From Okamejei kenojei (taxonomy: Eukaryota): a stretch of 64,000 bases of DNA. The notes under the pieces were generated by a model. The model did no database searches, was not told the DNA's origin, and saw nothing but the letters and a program-made list of their open reading frames with translations. Numbering within the stretch: position 1 is the stretch's first letter; each line of letters opens with the position of its first letter. The stretch is from positions 4,650,001-4,714,000 of the forward strand of contig CM069160.1 in NCBI GenBank assembly GCA_035221665.1, given 5' to 3'. Below, piece after piece: positions 49,478 through 62,114 of this stretch. A program made the position numbers and the translations under genes.

Positions 49478-50849
49478 CATCTAAAATAAGTATCCCATTC
49501 TGGCGTTGTCCCCCAATATCGTTTGATTCCCAAAGAGCTAAATCTAACTCTATCTTGAAGACATCCAATTAATTGGCCTCCACTGCCTTCCGTGGCAGAT
49601 AAATCTACAGACTCAACATTCTCTGGGTGAAAAAGTTTTCTGCATCTCAGCCCTAAATGGCTTATTCCTTATTCTTAAACGGTGACCCCTGGTTCTGGAC
49701 TCCCCCAACATCGGGAACATTTTTCCAACATTTACCCTGTCCAAGCTTCTAAGAATTGCATATGATTCCTTAAGATCGCCTCTCCTTCTACTAAACTACA
49801 GCGAAAACAAGCCCCGTCGACCCATTCTTTCATATTACGTCAGTCCCGCCATCCCTAGAATTAACGTGGTAACGCTATGCTGCAGCCCCTCAATAACAAT
49901 AATGTCCTTCTTCACATAAGGAGCCCAAAATTGCACACAATACTCCAGGTGCAGTCTCACCCTGGCCCTGTACAACATCATTAGGACCTCCTTGCTCTTA
50001 AACTCAAATCTTTTCGCAATGAAGACCAACATGTCATTGGCTTTCTCCACTGCCTGCTGTACCTGCATGCTTACTTTCAGAGACTGATGTACAAGCATAC
50101 CAAGGTCTCGTTGCACCACTCCCCCTTCTCCTAATGTGATATAATTCAGGTAATAATCTGCCTTCCTTTTATTGCCACCCCCCCCCCCCCCCCCCCCCCA
50201 CCCAAAGTGGATAGATAACCTCACATTTATGCACATTATATTGCATCTGCTATGTTTCTGCCCACTCACCCAACCTATCCAAGTTATCCCGCAGCCTCAT
50301 AGCATCCTCCTCGCAGCTCACACTGCCACCTAACTTTGTGTCATTCGCAAAGTTAGTAATGTTACATTTAATTCCCACGTCTAAATAGGTAATGTATATT
50401 GTAAACCACAAGGGTCCCCGCACTGAGCCTTGCGGCACCCCACTAGTCACTACCAGGCATTCTGAAAGGGACCCTTTAATTCTTATTCTTTGCTTCCTTT
50501 TTTGCTTGCCAACCAGTTTTCTATCCACGTCAATACACTAGCCCCCAAAACATGTGCTCTCATTTTGCACACTAATCTCTCGTGTGGGACATTCTCAAAG
50601 GCTTTTTGAAAATCCAGATACACCTCATCCACTGGCTATCCATTATCCATTCTACCATCAAAAAAAATTCCAAAAGATTAGTTAAGCATGATTACCCCTT
50701 CATAAATCCATGCTGACTTCCCGATCCCCTCACTGCTTTCTAAATGCGATGCTATAACCTCTTTAATAATCAACTCCACCGCTTCCCACTGCCAATGTAA
50801 GGCTAAGTAGTCTATAATTCCCCGTTTTCTCTCTCCCTTATTTCTTAAA

Positions 50850-52735
50850 AAGTGAATGAATGAAAGAATATAGAATGAATGAATGAAAGAATGAATACGT
50901 TTATTGGCCAAATATTCACATACAAGGAATTTGCCTTTGTGCTCCACCCACAAGTGACAGTTAGGAATGACACATAAAACATTAAGCATTAGTAATAAAA
51001 CATTATCGATTACAACAATAGATCGCAAAGAGTAGGAGTAAACGGGTCATTTTCAGAATGGCAGGCAGTGACTAGTGGGGTACCGCAAGGCTCAGTCCTG
51101 GGACCCCAGCTATTTACAATATATATTAATGATCTGGATGAGGGAATTGAATGCAACAAGTTTGTGGATGACACGAAGCTGGGGGGCAGTGTTAGCTGTG
51201 AGGAGGATGCTAGGAGGCTGTGTAAGGTGACTTGGATCGGGATAGGAGATTGGCGAAGTGGGCAAATGCATGGCAGATGCAGTATAATGTGGATAAATTG
51301 TGAGGTTATCCATCATTTTGGCGGCAAAAACGGAGGGTAGACTATTATTGAATGGTGGCCGATTAGGAAGAAGAGTGGAAATGCAACGAGACCTGGGTGT
51401 CATGGTACACCAGTCATTTTGAAAGTAGGCATGCAATAAGGAAAAAGCAGCAGGCTGTGAAGAAAGCGAATGGTATGTTGGCATTAGCATAGCAAAAGGA
51501 TTGAGTGTGTGCTCAAGACGCATGTGGTGACTTGTTTAGTGTTTTCTACTGCGTAGTCGCCTGTACCTGGGAAATCATTCGGCTGGTATTGAGGCCACAG
51601 TCGCCTCGGCTCACTGATGTATATTGCGTACGACAATGGTCTCCTAATCTGAGAAAGACCATTCTTGCTCCCATAGAGGGAGTCACAGTTCAGAGAAGGT
51701 TCACCACCATTCGTCCTCAACTGATTGACATCTCCCGGTACACACACGATGGCAGGACTTCCATATAGAGGAAAACTCAAGACTGGGATAGTACTCTCGC
51801 TGGAATTAGGAGATTGTCGTCGGGAGATCTTCTAGAGACTTACAAATTTCTTAAGGGTCCCCTTAGGACTACCAAGGCTAGATGCAGGAAGATGTGTTCC
51901 GATGTTGGGGAACTGCAGAACAAGGGGTCACAGTTATAAGGATAAGGGGAAAGTCTTTCTAGGACCGAGATGAGATTAGTCCATTTTTTTTCACACACTC
52001 TAGACCGTGGTGAGTCTGTGGATTCTCTGCCACCAGAAGGTCGTTGAGGCCAGGTTAATTGGATATATTTAAGAGGAGGGAGGTTAGATGTGGCCCTTGT
52101 GGCTAAAGGGATCGGCGGGGTATGGAGAGAAGGCAGGTACAGGATACTGGAGAGTTGGATGATCCATCCATGATCATACTTGAATGGCGGTGCAGGCTCG
52201 AAGGGCCGAATGGCCTCTCCTGCACTTATTTTCTATGATTCTATGATTCTACACATGTGAATTAAGTAAAATACCTGAGCAAAAGGAGGTCTGCAGATAT
52301 TTTGATTATTGAATAGAGTCTACCTACTAGTGGAAAAAAGGCTGTTTTATGTCTGAATGTGGGCAGCATTGGGACAGTCCGGAGTCGCCTTCCAGAGGGA
52401 AGTGTATTCAAAGAGTTTGTGGCCAGGGTGAGAGGGGTCAGAGATTATGTTACTCGCTCGCTTCCTGGCCCTTTGCAGTGTACATTTTGTCAATGGGGGG
52501 GAAGTTGGTTGCAGCCATAATAACCTTATCAGTGATCGGACGATTCGCTGCAGCAGCCTTCCGGATGTCGTGCTTGAGGCTGCGCCAAATCAGGTCATTG
52601 ATGGAGAAGGTGTGAACAGACTCTACGATGGCCGTGCAGAATTGAACCATTATTGCCAGTGGCCTTGATTGTGCTTCCTCAGCATACCGCAGGAAGTACA
52701 TCATCTGTTGTGCCTTTTTTGAAAAGTGGAGTGCA
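50850..52735 (-). mobile_element. Rex1-type LINE 3' fragment split by the CR1 at 51025-52250
   Basis: KKAQQMMYFLR...VQFCTAIVES; (attc)n tail at 50850-50895. Confidence 0.65.
51025..52250 (+). mobile_element. CR1-type LINE, noisy
   Basis: TSGVPQGSVLGPQLFTIYINDLDEGIEC.KFVDDTKLGG; 3' tail ttctatgattctatgattcta. Confidence 0.9.
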
Positions 52736-53006
52736 TTGGCTACCCGCCCGATCCACAGGAACTGATCCAGAGTCGAGACCCATCGTAGCATGAACACACA
52801 AGTACATTCCATAAATATTACAATAAAACGTTACAGAAGTTAAGATTGATATTACTTCTGTGCATCGGAATGGGTATTGTGACAAACGAGATGACGTGAC
52901 CTTTAGTTATCGGGTTGAGTAGACAATGTTAGACATCTTAGCCGGCTGACGTTTCAGATCTCTCATGCACACATTATTCGCGGTAATTCAAGAGTTAAAT
53001 TAATTC

Positions 53007-53021
53007 GCGCCACCTAGTGGC
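53007..53021 (-). promoter_or_regulatory. CTCF-like binding motif
   Basis: Minus strand GCCACTAGGTGGCGC matches the CTCF core CCACYAGRKGGCGC; lies in a non-repeat island. Confidence 0.55.
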
Positions 53022-53239
53022 ATCGAGGAAGTGTTGGAGCACCAACAGACACAGTTTCGCTAGAATTTGGAAATGACAAATGAATCTGATTAAGTTGCAA
53101 GGCGGCCGGGATAATTGTTAGCTCCGTCTCCTTTCCCACTGGGTGTAGCCTGCTTTGGCACCTTTTATATCAGATTTTTATTAGTTTCAGATTTCATATT
53201 TACCGCATCTCCTAACTTTTATTTTCACCCAACATCCAT

Positions 53240-56200
53240 AGAAAACATAGATAAATAGGTGCTGGAGGAGGCATTCGGCCCCTGTAGCCAGCATCGCTTT
53301 TCATTTCACTCAGATTACAGCACGGAAACCGGCCCTCTCGCCCTGTCCAGTCCGTGCCGACCATTTGCTTTGCCACTAGTCCCATCTACCTGCACTCAGG
53401 ACCATACCCCCTCCTTTCCCTTCCCCATCCATATACTATCCACTTTACTTTTAAATGTTAAAATCGATCCGGCATCTACTGACCTCCAACCACTCTCTGC
53501 TGGAAAGTCATTTCCACACAGCCACCACCCTCTGAGTAAAGAAGAAGTTCCCCCTCACGTTACCCCTAAATTCTGTCCCTTAATTCTCATGTCATGCCTC
53601 TTGTTTGAATCTACCCTGCCCTCAATGGGAAAAGTCTTATCCACGTCAACTCTCTCTTATCCCTTTCATCATTTTAAATACCTCAATCAAGTCCCCCCTT
53701 AACCTTCTGCGCTCCAAAGTATAAAGACCTAACTTGTTCAACCTTTCTCTGTAACATAGTTGATGGAAACCAGGCAACATTCTAGTAAATCTCTGTACTC
53801 TCTCTTATTTTGTTGACATCCTTCTATAATTAGGCGACAAAATTGTACACCATACTCCCAGAGTTGGTTTACCAATGCTTGTAAAAATTTTACATTACTT
53901 CCCTACTCCTATATTCAGATGCTCTGATGTATAAAGTGCTCAGCACAGCACAACCAAAGGCTTTCTTTACCACCCTAGTACATGCGATTTCCACCCCCCC
54001 CCCCCCCCCCCCCCCTTCAGGGAACTTGCACAGTTATTCCTAGATCTCTCTGTTCCACCAGCATTCCTCAATTCCTACCATTCGCATTTACCATGTACGT
54101 CCTATTTTGATTTGTCCTGCCAAGATGTAGCACTTCACACTTTAGAAGCATTTTTAAACATTAAAATTGACTCCATCTGCCATTCTTTCAGCCCACTTTC
54201 CAAATGGCCCAAATTCTCTCTGTAGACGTTGAAATATCTACGTCATTATCCACAAAACCACCTATCTTAGTATCATCTGCATACTTACTTACCAATTTTC
54301 CACCCCATCACGTGTCAGATCGATGGATGTACATGACAAACAACAGTGGACCCACACAGACCCTGAGGCACCCACTGGTCACCGGCTTCCAACCTGACAA
54401 ACAGCCATTCCACATTACTCTCTGACATCTCCCATTCAGCCACTGTTGAATTCCATCTTGCTACTCCGCCATTAACAACCAAAGATTGAACCTTCTTTTT
54501 TAACCAACTTCCATGGGGAACCTTGTCAAAGGCCTTACTGAAATCCATTAGACAAACATCATCCACTGCTTTCCCTCATCAATTTACCTAGTAACCGCTT
54601 CATTTTTTTTCAAGAAGGTTTGTCAACATGACCTTCCAGGCCAAAATCCATGTTGGACTGTCCTGATCAGACCCTGTTTATCCAGAGTGCTTATATTATT
54701 ATCTCTAAGTATCTTTCCATTAATTTGCTCCACCACTGACGACAAACTTAACAGGTCTATAATTGCGTAGGTTTATTCTTTGAACCCTTTTTAAACAATT
54801 GGCGTGGAACAACATGCGCAGTACCGCCAGAATCCTCCGGCACTATTCCCGTTTCTAATGACATTTGAAATATTTCTGTCATAGTTCCTGCAATTTCTAC
54901 ACTAACTTCCCTCAATGTCCTAGGGAATATCCTGTCAGGACCTGGAGACTTATCCCTTGATTCCACTAGCTCCTAGAGCTCTATCCAACTCTCTCTTAAC
55001 TCCATCCAGTGATTTGGCCTCCACTGCCCTCTGTGGCAGGGAATTCCGCAAATTCACAACCCTCTGGGTGAAAACGGTTTTTCTCGCCTCAGTCTTAAAT
55101 GGCCTCCCCTTTATTCTAAGACTGTGGCCCCTGGTTCGAGACTCACCCAAAATTGGGAACATTTTTCCTGCATCTAGCTTGTCCAGTCCTTTTATAATTG
55201 TATATGTCTCTATAAGATCCTCCCTCATCCTTCTAAACTCCAGTGAATATAAGCCTAGTCGTTTCAATCTTTCCTCATATGACAGATCCCAGGGAGCAAT
55301 CTCGTGAACCTACGCGCGCTGCACTGCCTCAATCTACAAGGATGTCCTTCCTCAAAATTAGGAGACCAACTGTACACAATACTCCAGATGTGGTCCAACA
55401 AGGCCCTATACAACTGCAGAAGAACCTCTTTACTCCAGTACAGAAATCCTCTTGTTATGAAGGCCAACATTCCATTAGCTTTCTAACATTCCATTAGTTT
55501 CTCCGGCTCGTAATCACCTATCTGTGTAATTAGAAACTAATTGCACTTTATTCTTGCCTCAATACAATCAATTCGCTCTCTAGATTCAACCACGCACTAA
55601 GGACATCACTAATGCCTGTTAATTTATAATCCGCATAGTATTGTGTGTACAGTTTTGGTCCCCTAATTTTTGATGGAAGGACATTCTTGCTATTGAGGGA
55701 GTGCAGCGTAGGTTTCCAAGGTTAATTCCCGGGATGGCGGGACTGTCATATGTTGAGAGGATGGAGCAGCTGAGGTTGTACATCTGGAGTTTTAGAGGTT
55801 GAAAGGGGATCTAATTGAAACATTTAAGATTGTTAGGGCTTGGACACGCTAGAGGCAGGAAACGTGTTCCCGATGTAGGGGTATGAGTCCAGAACCAGGG
55901 CCACAGTTTAAGAATAAGGAGTACGCCATTAAGAAAGGAGGACGAGGAAACACTTTTTTCTCACCGAGAGAGTGGTGATGAGTCTGTGGAATTTTTCTGC
56001 CTCGGAGGGCGGTGGAGGCAGTGTGTTCTGGATGCTTTAAAGAGAGAGATGATAGGGCTCTTAAAAATAGCGGAGTCAATGTGGATATGGGGAGAGGGCA
56101 GGAACGAGGTACTGATTGGGGATGATCAGCCATGATCACATTGAAATGGCGGTGCTGGCTCGAACGGCAAAATGGCCTACTCCTGCACCTATTGTCATTC
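53240..56200. mobile_element. Cluster of CR1-type fragments (minus 53240-54950, minus 54950-55490, plus 55635-56200)
   Basis: MDFSKAFDKVPHG; DKSPGPDRIFPRTL; RLGLYSLEFRRMREDLIETY. Confidence 0.85.
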
Positions 56201-57259
56201 TCTAGGATGTGAGGGACGGACGGAAGCGAAACTCCAGGGTAAACCCACGCATTCACATGGAGAACAGGCAACTTAATGGGGAAACACAGTCGGAGGCTCT
56301 GGATCGAAACACGGGTCGCCCCCGTTGCACTTCACCGTGTGTGATGAAAATAACTTAGTCATGCAGCTCGACTAGCTCACAAATATTACCGTCGCTTCTA
56401 TCCGTGGCATCTGCTGCTTATGCAAACACTGAACTGTTGTCGTGCTATCTGTATCCACGACCACCTCAAACAATGCATCCAGGATTTGCGCATTATACCC
56501 TGCCTGAAAATATTATCCTCTAAAAACACCCTTTTTTTAAATGTCCCACACCTCACTTATAAAAACAGTTATCCCTAGGTAATTGACATCTCTCTGTCCT
56601 CTGACACGTCTGTTCAGAACCCCCCCCCACCCCGCCCGTTCCAATTTTTTACATAGGTCTAAAGAGCCTCGCCCAGCATAATCCCCCCCACCCCCCACAC
56701 TGTAAAGAAACGCCGCGCTGCTTATCCACCTCCCCTCATAGACGAGATAATCCACCCTAGGCAAACATCTTGTTTAAAGCACCAAAACAACATCTTTATC
56801 AGCGTGGCGACCAGAATGCGCACGGAATTCCACCTGCGGCCTACCCCACGTGTTATATTTTGCTCCACCCCACTTCCATTCATATTCTGCGATCTTCGGT
56901 GGCATCAATGGTGTGATGATAGACGCTGCTGTTTTGCTCTGCTCCCGAAGAAATGCTTTAAAGAGCTAAAATACGAGTTGGAAGACGGTGTTGGTTTGGG
57001 AGTTCTAAAATTAACTACCGGAGCTGTTATTTAATTGTGTGTTATCAGAAATCCTGCTGATAACGGAGAATAACGGCAGTTTTGAATGATAAAAAGGGAA
57101 ACCTCGCCAGAAGCTGCAAAAGCTGTTGCAAGACCTGTTACAAGAGCCTACTTGAAAAAACTCCTCAATCCCCTCAAATATCAGCTGTGGAAGTTCAGAA
57201 GAAGAATCTGACTCTCGAAATCCTTCTACAGAAATGACTTCAATGGCGGAACAAAGGGG

Positions 57260-60200
57260 GACAATATGGACACGAAATTAATTCCAGATATCATATATTC
57301 TAAATATCATATTAGTATTATTTCTGATCACTCCCCGTTAACTTTTTCTTTAAAATTAGTAGGAATGCCTGATAAAAAATCGTTCTGGAGGTTTAACCCC
57401 CAAATCTTAAACAACTCACAAGACCTGCACATATTTAAAAGAGCAGATGACATTCTTCTTTGAGACAAATGATTTTTACACCAGACACTTCACCTTCTTA
57501 TTAAGGCATTTTATTAGAGGAACCATAATTTCATATCAAGCTTTCCAAAATAAAAAGAGAATATCTTTAACACTGAACAATTGTAGTTAGAGCAAGAAAT
57601 TAGACAATTATATTTAGAAAAAATGCCAAAGAAACCAACTATAGTTAAACATAATGAAGATAACAATACGAACTAAAATTAATTAATACAATTTTTATCG
57701 GCCAAAATAATAGATTATTTCAAATTACAAAACAAGAAAACTTCGAATTTGGTGATAAACCACATAAACTCTTAGTTAGACGCCAAACTGAAAAAATGGG
57801 AAACAGAAAATACAATTACTAAAATTTAAATCAGACAAAGGGGAATCATTAAACACTACTAAAGATATTAATAAAAGATTTGCTTCAATTTTACCAAATT
57901 TATATACATCGAAAACCTCTGCAAATAATATTCAAATTACAAAATTTCTTAGATAATTGTAATCTTCCAAACTTAAATATGGTGGAACAAGAGGAATTAG
58001 GGGTTCAGATTACACTTCAGCAGGAAATAGAAGAAACAATAAATGTGTTGAAGAATGGCAAAACGCCAAGACCAGATGGCTTAAAAAAAAACTAGTAATG
58101 AATTCTCCAAACGATTATACGAGATCATTTCTCCACGTCTTTCTTCGCCTGCAAAGATTTATTATACACACTTAAGCACACACCTTACCGCCCCGAGAAA
58201 ATCAATTCTAATCTTACCAGAAACACTAACTGAGTCATAAAAAACTTTTACTTATACCCTGAAAAGGATGAAGATCTAGAAGACCAAGGCTCATATAGAG
58301 CCATAGCACTCCTAAATACAGATAAAAATAATATTACCAAAAAAAAAAAAAAAAAGACCCTAGCGAGAAGATTGAGTAAATTGTTAGCAAACTAATAAAA
58401 AACCCGGACCAAACGGGGTCTCTACCAAAGAGATACTCATTTAACAATTGAGGCGGGGGAGCGTGGGGGGCGGGGAGGCGGCTGTTTAATATAATGTACT
58501 CTCACATAATACTGAAGAAGAAGACCTACGCAAGCAATTATTTCATTGGATGCAGAAAAATCTTTTGATCAAGTAGTATCAAAGTAGTGCAAAAAATTAA
58601 TATTGAAGATAACTGTATCTCATGGGTAAAATTGTTAAATGGATAAGCCGATGGCAAGAATACGGACTAATAAAAAAAAAAAAAAAATATTGTCCCCCCT
58701 GCTCCCGAAGTTCCAATTAGCAAGGGGCAATAGACAGGGTGCGCATTATCGCCCCTGCTATTTGCCACTAGTGATAGAGCCTTTAGCAGAAAGTATATAA
58801 GAAGTCATCCGCGAATATTCATGGATATAATACCAAACACTCAAATAATAAATTCATTATATGCAGACGACATATTTTTATATATTAAATTAGCAAATTA
58901 GCAGCTTACAATAGAGGAATTTGGTTCTTTTCAGGATATAGAAACCCAACCCCCAACTCTGGAACAAAAGAAATGATGACGATAAAACCTCAAGACCAAC
59001 ACATCTGTTGAAATTCCCTTTTAGAATTGCAACAGAAAAATTTAAGTATTTGGGCATCCAAATTACTAGGAAATTAAATTATTACTCAACGCAAACTATA
59101 TGCGTTATTAACAATATTAATTGTTTGGGTTGATTACATTTGGAAAACACTGCCGATGTCCTTAATAGGCAGAATAAATGCGATAAAAATGATCGTTCTT
59201 ACCACAAATACTGTACCTATTTCAATCAATACCAATATACTAACCAAAAACATTATTTAAAAAACTAGATTCTGATATTACAAACTTCATTTGGGACTAT
59301 AAATTCACACAGATATCACAGAAAGCACCTGTGTAAATCTAAAGGATCAGGGGGACTGACACTCCCTAACTTATTGTATTACTATTGGGCAGTGAATATT
59401 AAAAATATAATCTACTTGTTGGTCAGTTTCTGCCCAACAGGTAGATTGGATAAGAATGAAGTAAGAGGACTGTTCCCCTTACAATATAGGAGCGATCCTT
59501 CTTTCCCCGACGAAACTGAACAATTAGATATATAAGAAGATCCAACAGTTTCATAGGAATTCGGAAGCAAATAAAATTAACTTTAAAATCAAGAAATGTA
59601 TCGCTTCTTTCTCCAATAGCTAATAACCCTTCTTTCAAACCATCAATTATTGATAAAACGTTTATCCATTGGGAAATAATAGGAATTGGAATGATGGGGA
59701 GATATGATATTAAATGGGAAAATCTTTATCATTCCATCAATTACAACTAAATATAATTTGAAAAGTAATCAATATTTTAAATATCTTCAATTCAAGATTA
59801 TTTTGAAAAATATATATACAAGGGGCCCCCCCCCGGGATATCAAACTCTAACCCCAGATTTATTAGAGGTAATGAATGAATAGAAAGCGCAGAATCAAGC
59901 AATTTAATATCATATCTATATAATATAATTCTAAATATAGAAACAACAACGACAGTAGCAATTAGAAGGGACTAGGAAACAAGCGTTGATTGATAAAAAT
60001 TCCGAACGGACAGATGGGGGAAAAACATTTTATTATATGTACATAAATGTTCGATTAATGTAAGATATAACATAATTCAATTGAAAATTTTGCATACATG
60101 ATATTACTCGAGAACTAGACTGAATAAAACATTTCCAAATGTTTCCCCCATCTGTGATAAATGTCTACTCAAAATGCCACTATAGCACATTCCTTTGTCT

Positions 60201-60930
60201 CTTGTATAAAACCGCATAAAATTTTGGAACGAGATTTTTGGAACTTTTACAAAACTATTTTTAACACAAATTTGAACCCCAATACAGAACTGATTATCTT
60301 TGGATCAATGGAAGAGGGAAGTAAAATTAACTATGTTCCAAGAAGTCTTCTTATTTACGTTTTTAATACCAGCAAAAAATTATACTAAAATTCTGGAAAA
60401 ACGCACCACGCCAACTGTTCAAAATGTGGATTTCAAATATGTCGGAAACGCTACATCTTGAAGAAATGAGATTCCTCTACTAGGCAAAGTAGACCAAATC
60501 TTAAATACTTGGTCTCCTTTTATCAACTTTTTACAGAGCATATTGTTGCAACATAACACAACCTTAGAAATTAAATGGATCGCAGAAACCGGGTGGGCTT
60601 GATGGATGGGGAAAAATACGAAATAGGTATATCTCTCCTAAAATGTTCTCTTTTCTCTTTCTTTTTTCTCTTTTCTTTTTTCAATCTCATTCGCTTCTTA
60701 TCTCTGTTTTTCGCCTCTCTCGCTATCTATTTCTACTCTCTTGTCTATCTAACTCGTCACTCTTTATTTTCCTTTTTCTATCATTGCTCTTTTATTATTA
60801 AATTTAAAATAAGAAGTTGTACAAGAACGGTAACGTGTATGTATGTATCAGGTACTTAGGTACCACATTATTGTACTTACTTCTAACGAAAATAAATAAA
60901 TACATAATTAATAAAATAAAATTTAAAAAA
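57260..60930 (+). mobile_element. Second L1-clade LINE (ORF2 from late endonuclease to poly(A)), many indels
   Basis: ISDHSPL..WRFNPQIL; KNGKTPRPDG; colinear with 20690-24150; A-rich tail 60888-60930. Confidence 0.9.
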
Positions 60931-61251
60931 TGAAAGTAAGAAAATGGGGATTGATAAAAACTCTGCACTCCGGTTCACGGCTCAGTGTCTGCGCAGCGCA
61001 ACAGTGAGCCCGGATCTGCCCAGAGTAATCCTGTTTATTGCAGTCACTCGTATCAATGACCGTGCGCGGACCTGACTGTTCATTCAAATGGAATGAACTG
61101 GCGATGTTTGTGAGTTGGAGTGTGCGGAACTGTGATGTAATTTGAGGTCCCAGTGGAGACCATGACGGATAAATCAGGCTGCACCGTGAATCTCTTCAGT
61201 GCGGCAGCTGTACCTTTGCCATAACGAGATCTTCCTCCCATGCATAATAAA

Positions 61252-61321
61252 ATGCAGGGAAAAGAGGCGGCTGATGCGACCATTATTTGCTACCCGATTC
61301 TTGCAATTATCGGTATCCCAG
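61252..61321 (+). CDS. GPCR gene B, exon 1 (MQGKEAADATIICYPILAIIGIP); alternative in-frame ATG at 61240
   Basis: 70-nt coding exon with cca g|gtgagt donor; phase 1. Confidence 0.88.
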
Positions 61322-61580
61322 GTGAGTTATTTTGTTGCCACCTCCGTCGCTTTACTTCTGATTATCTCTTTCCGGAGTATCTACTCTTTTCAGTTTCAGT
61401 CTAGTTTCTTGTCACGTATAGCGAGGTGCAGTGAAAGCCTTTCTTGCGTGTTAACCAGTCAGCGGAACGTCAATGCATGATTACAGCCGAGCCATCCACA
61501 GTGAACAAATACCCGATACAGATAATAACGTGAATAACGTTTAGTGCAAGATAAAGTCGAGTAAAGTCCGATCAAAGATA

Positions 61581-61836
61581 TGTAGAGGGAGGAACTACAG
61601 AATGGCTGGTTTAAACCGAAGGTGGTGTCAGACTCGAAAAGCTGAAGTAAATCGGCGGGTCAGGCAGCATCTGTGGAGAAAAGGAATAGGTGACGCTTTC
61701 GGCTCGAGACCCTTCTTCAGACTAAGACTCAGGGGGGGGGGGGGGGGGGGGGAATGGAACGAGAGATATAGACGGTATTTGGGACAAATGAATTGAAGGA
61801 ATGCCTATTCATTTTCTCCAGAGAAGTTGTGTGTTT
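61581..61836 (-). mobile_element. Penelope mini-element in a Rex1 tail, GPCR B intron
   Basis: TSD gatcaaagata (61570-61580 and 61837-61847); minus-strand CTGAAGAagggtctcgagccGAAAgcgtc at 61692-61720. Confidence 0.75.
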
Positions 61837-62114
61837 GATCAAAGATAGTCCGAGGATCTCCAATGAGGTAGAAAGTAGATATGAAGCTGCAACCCGAATC
61901 TTCGACCCAATGCCCGATCGATGAAGGCAATTGGCCAGTTGAATATCCCACATCGTTCCCCTTCACACAGCCAATGATGTCGGCCCTGCAATATTGACTG
62001 CACCACTTACAATGTTCCCGGTTCGGTTATTCCCAGCGTTCCCGTGACCAGAGACACGTTCTCGATGCTGGGGGGTTCTCTCTGGTCATGACCTGTCTTG
62101 TCATCTTGTTACAG

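Larger units (their letters stand above)
47575..50835 (-). mobile_element. CR1-type LINE hosting a nested fold-back Penelope element and a Tc1
   Basis: SGVPQGSVRGPLWFTIYI..FANDTKLGG; LEYCVQFWAPY; 3' tail at 47575-47683. Confidence 0.9.
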
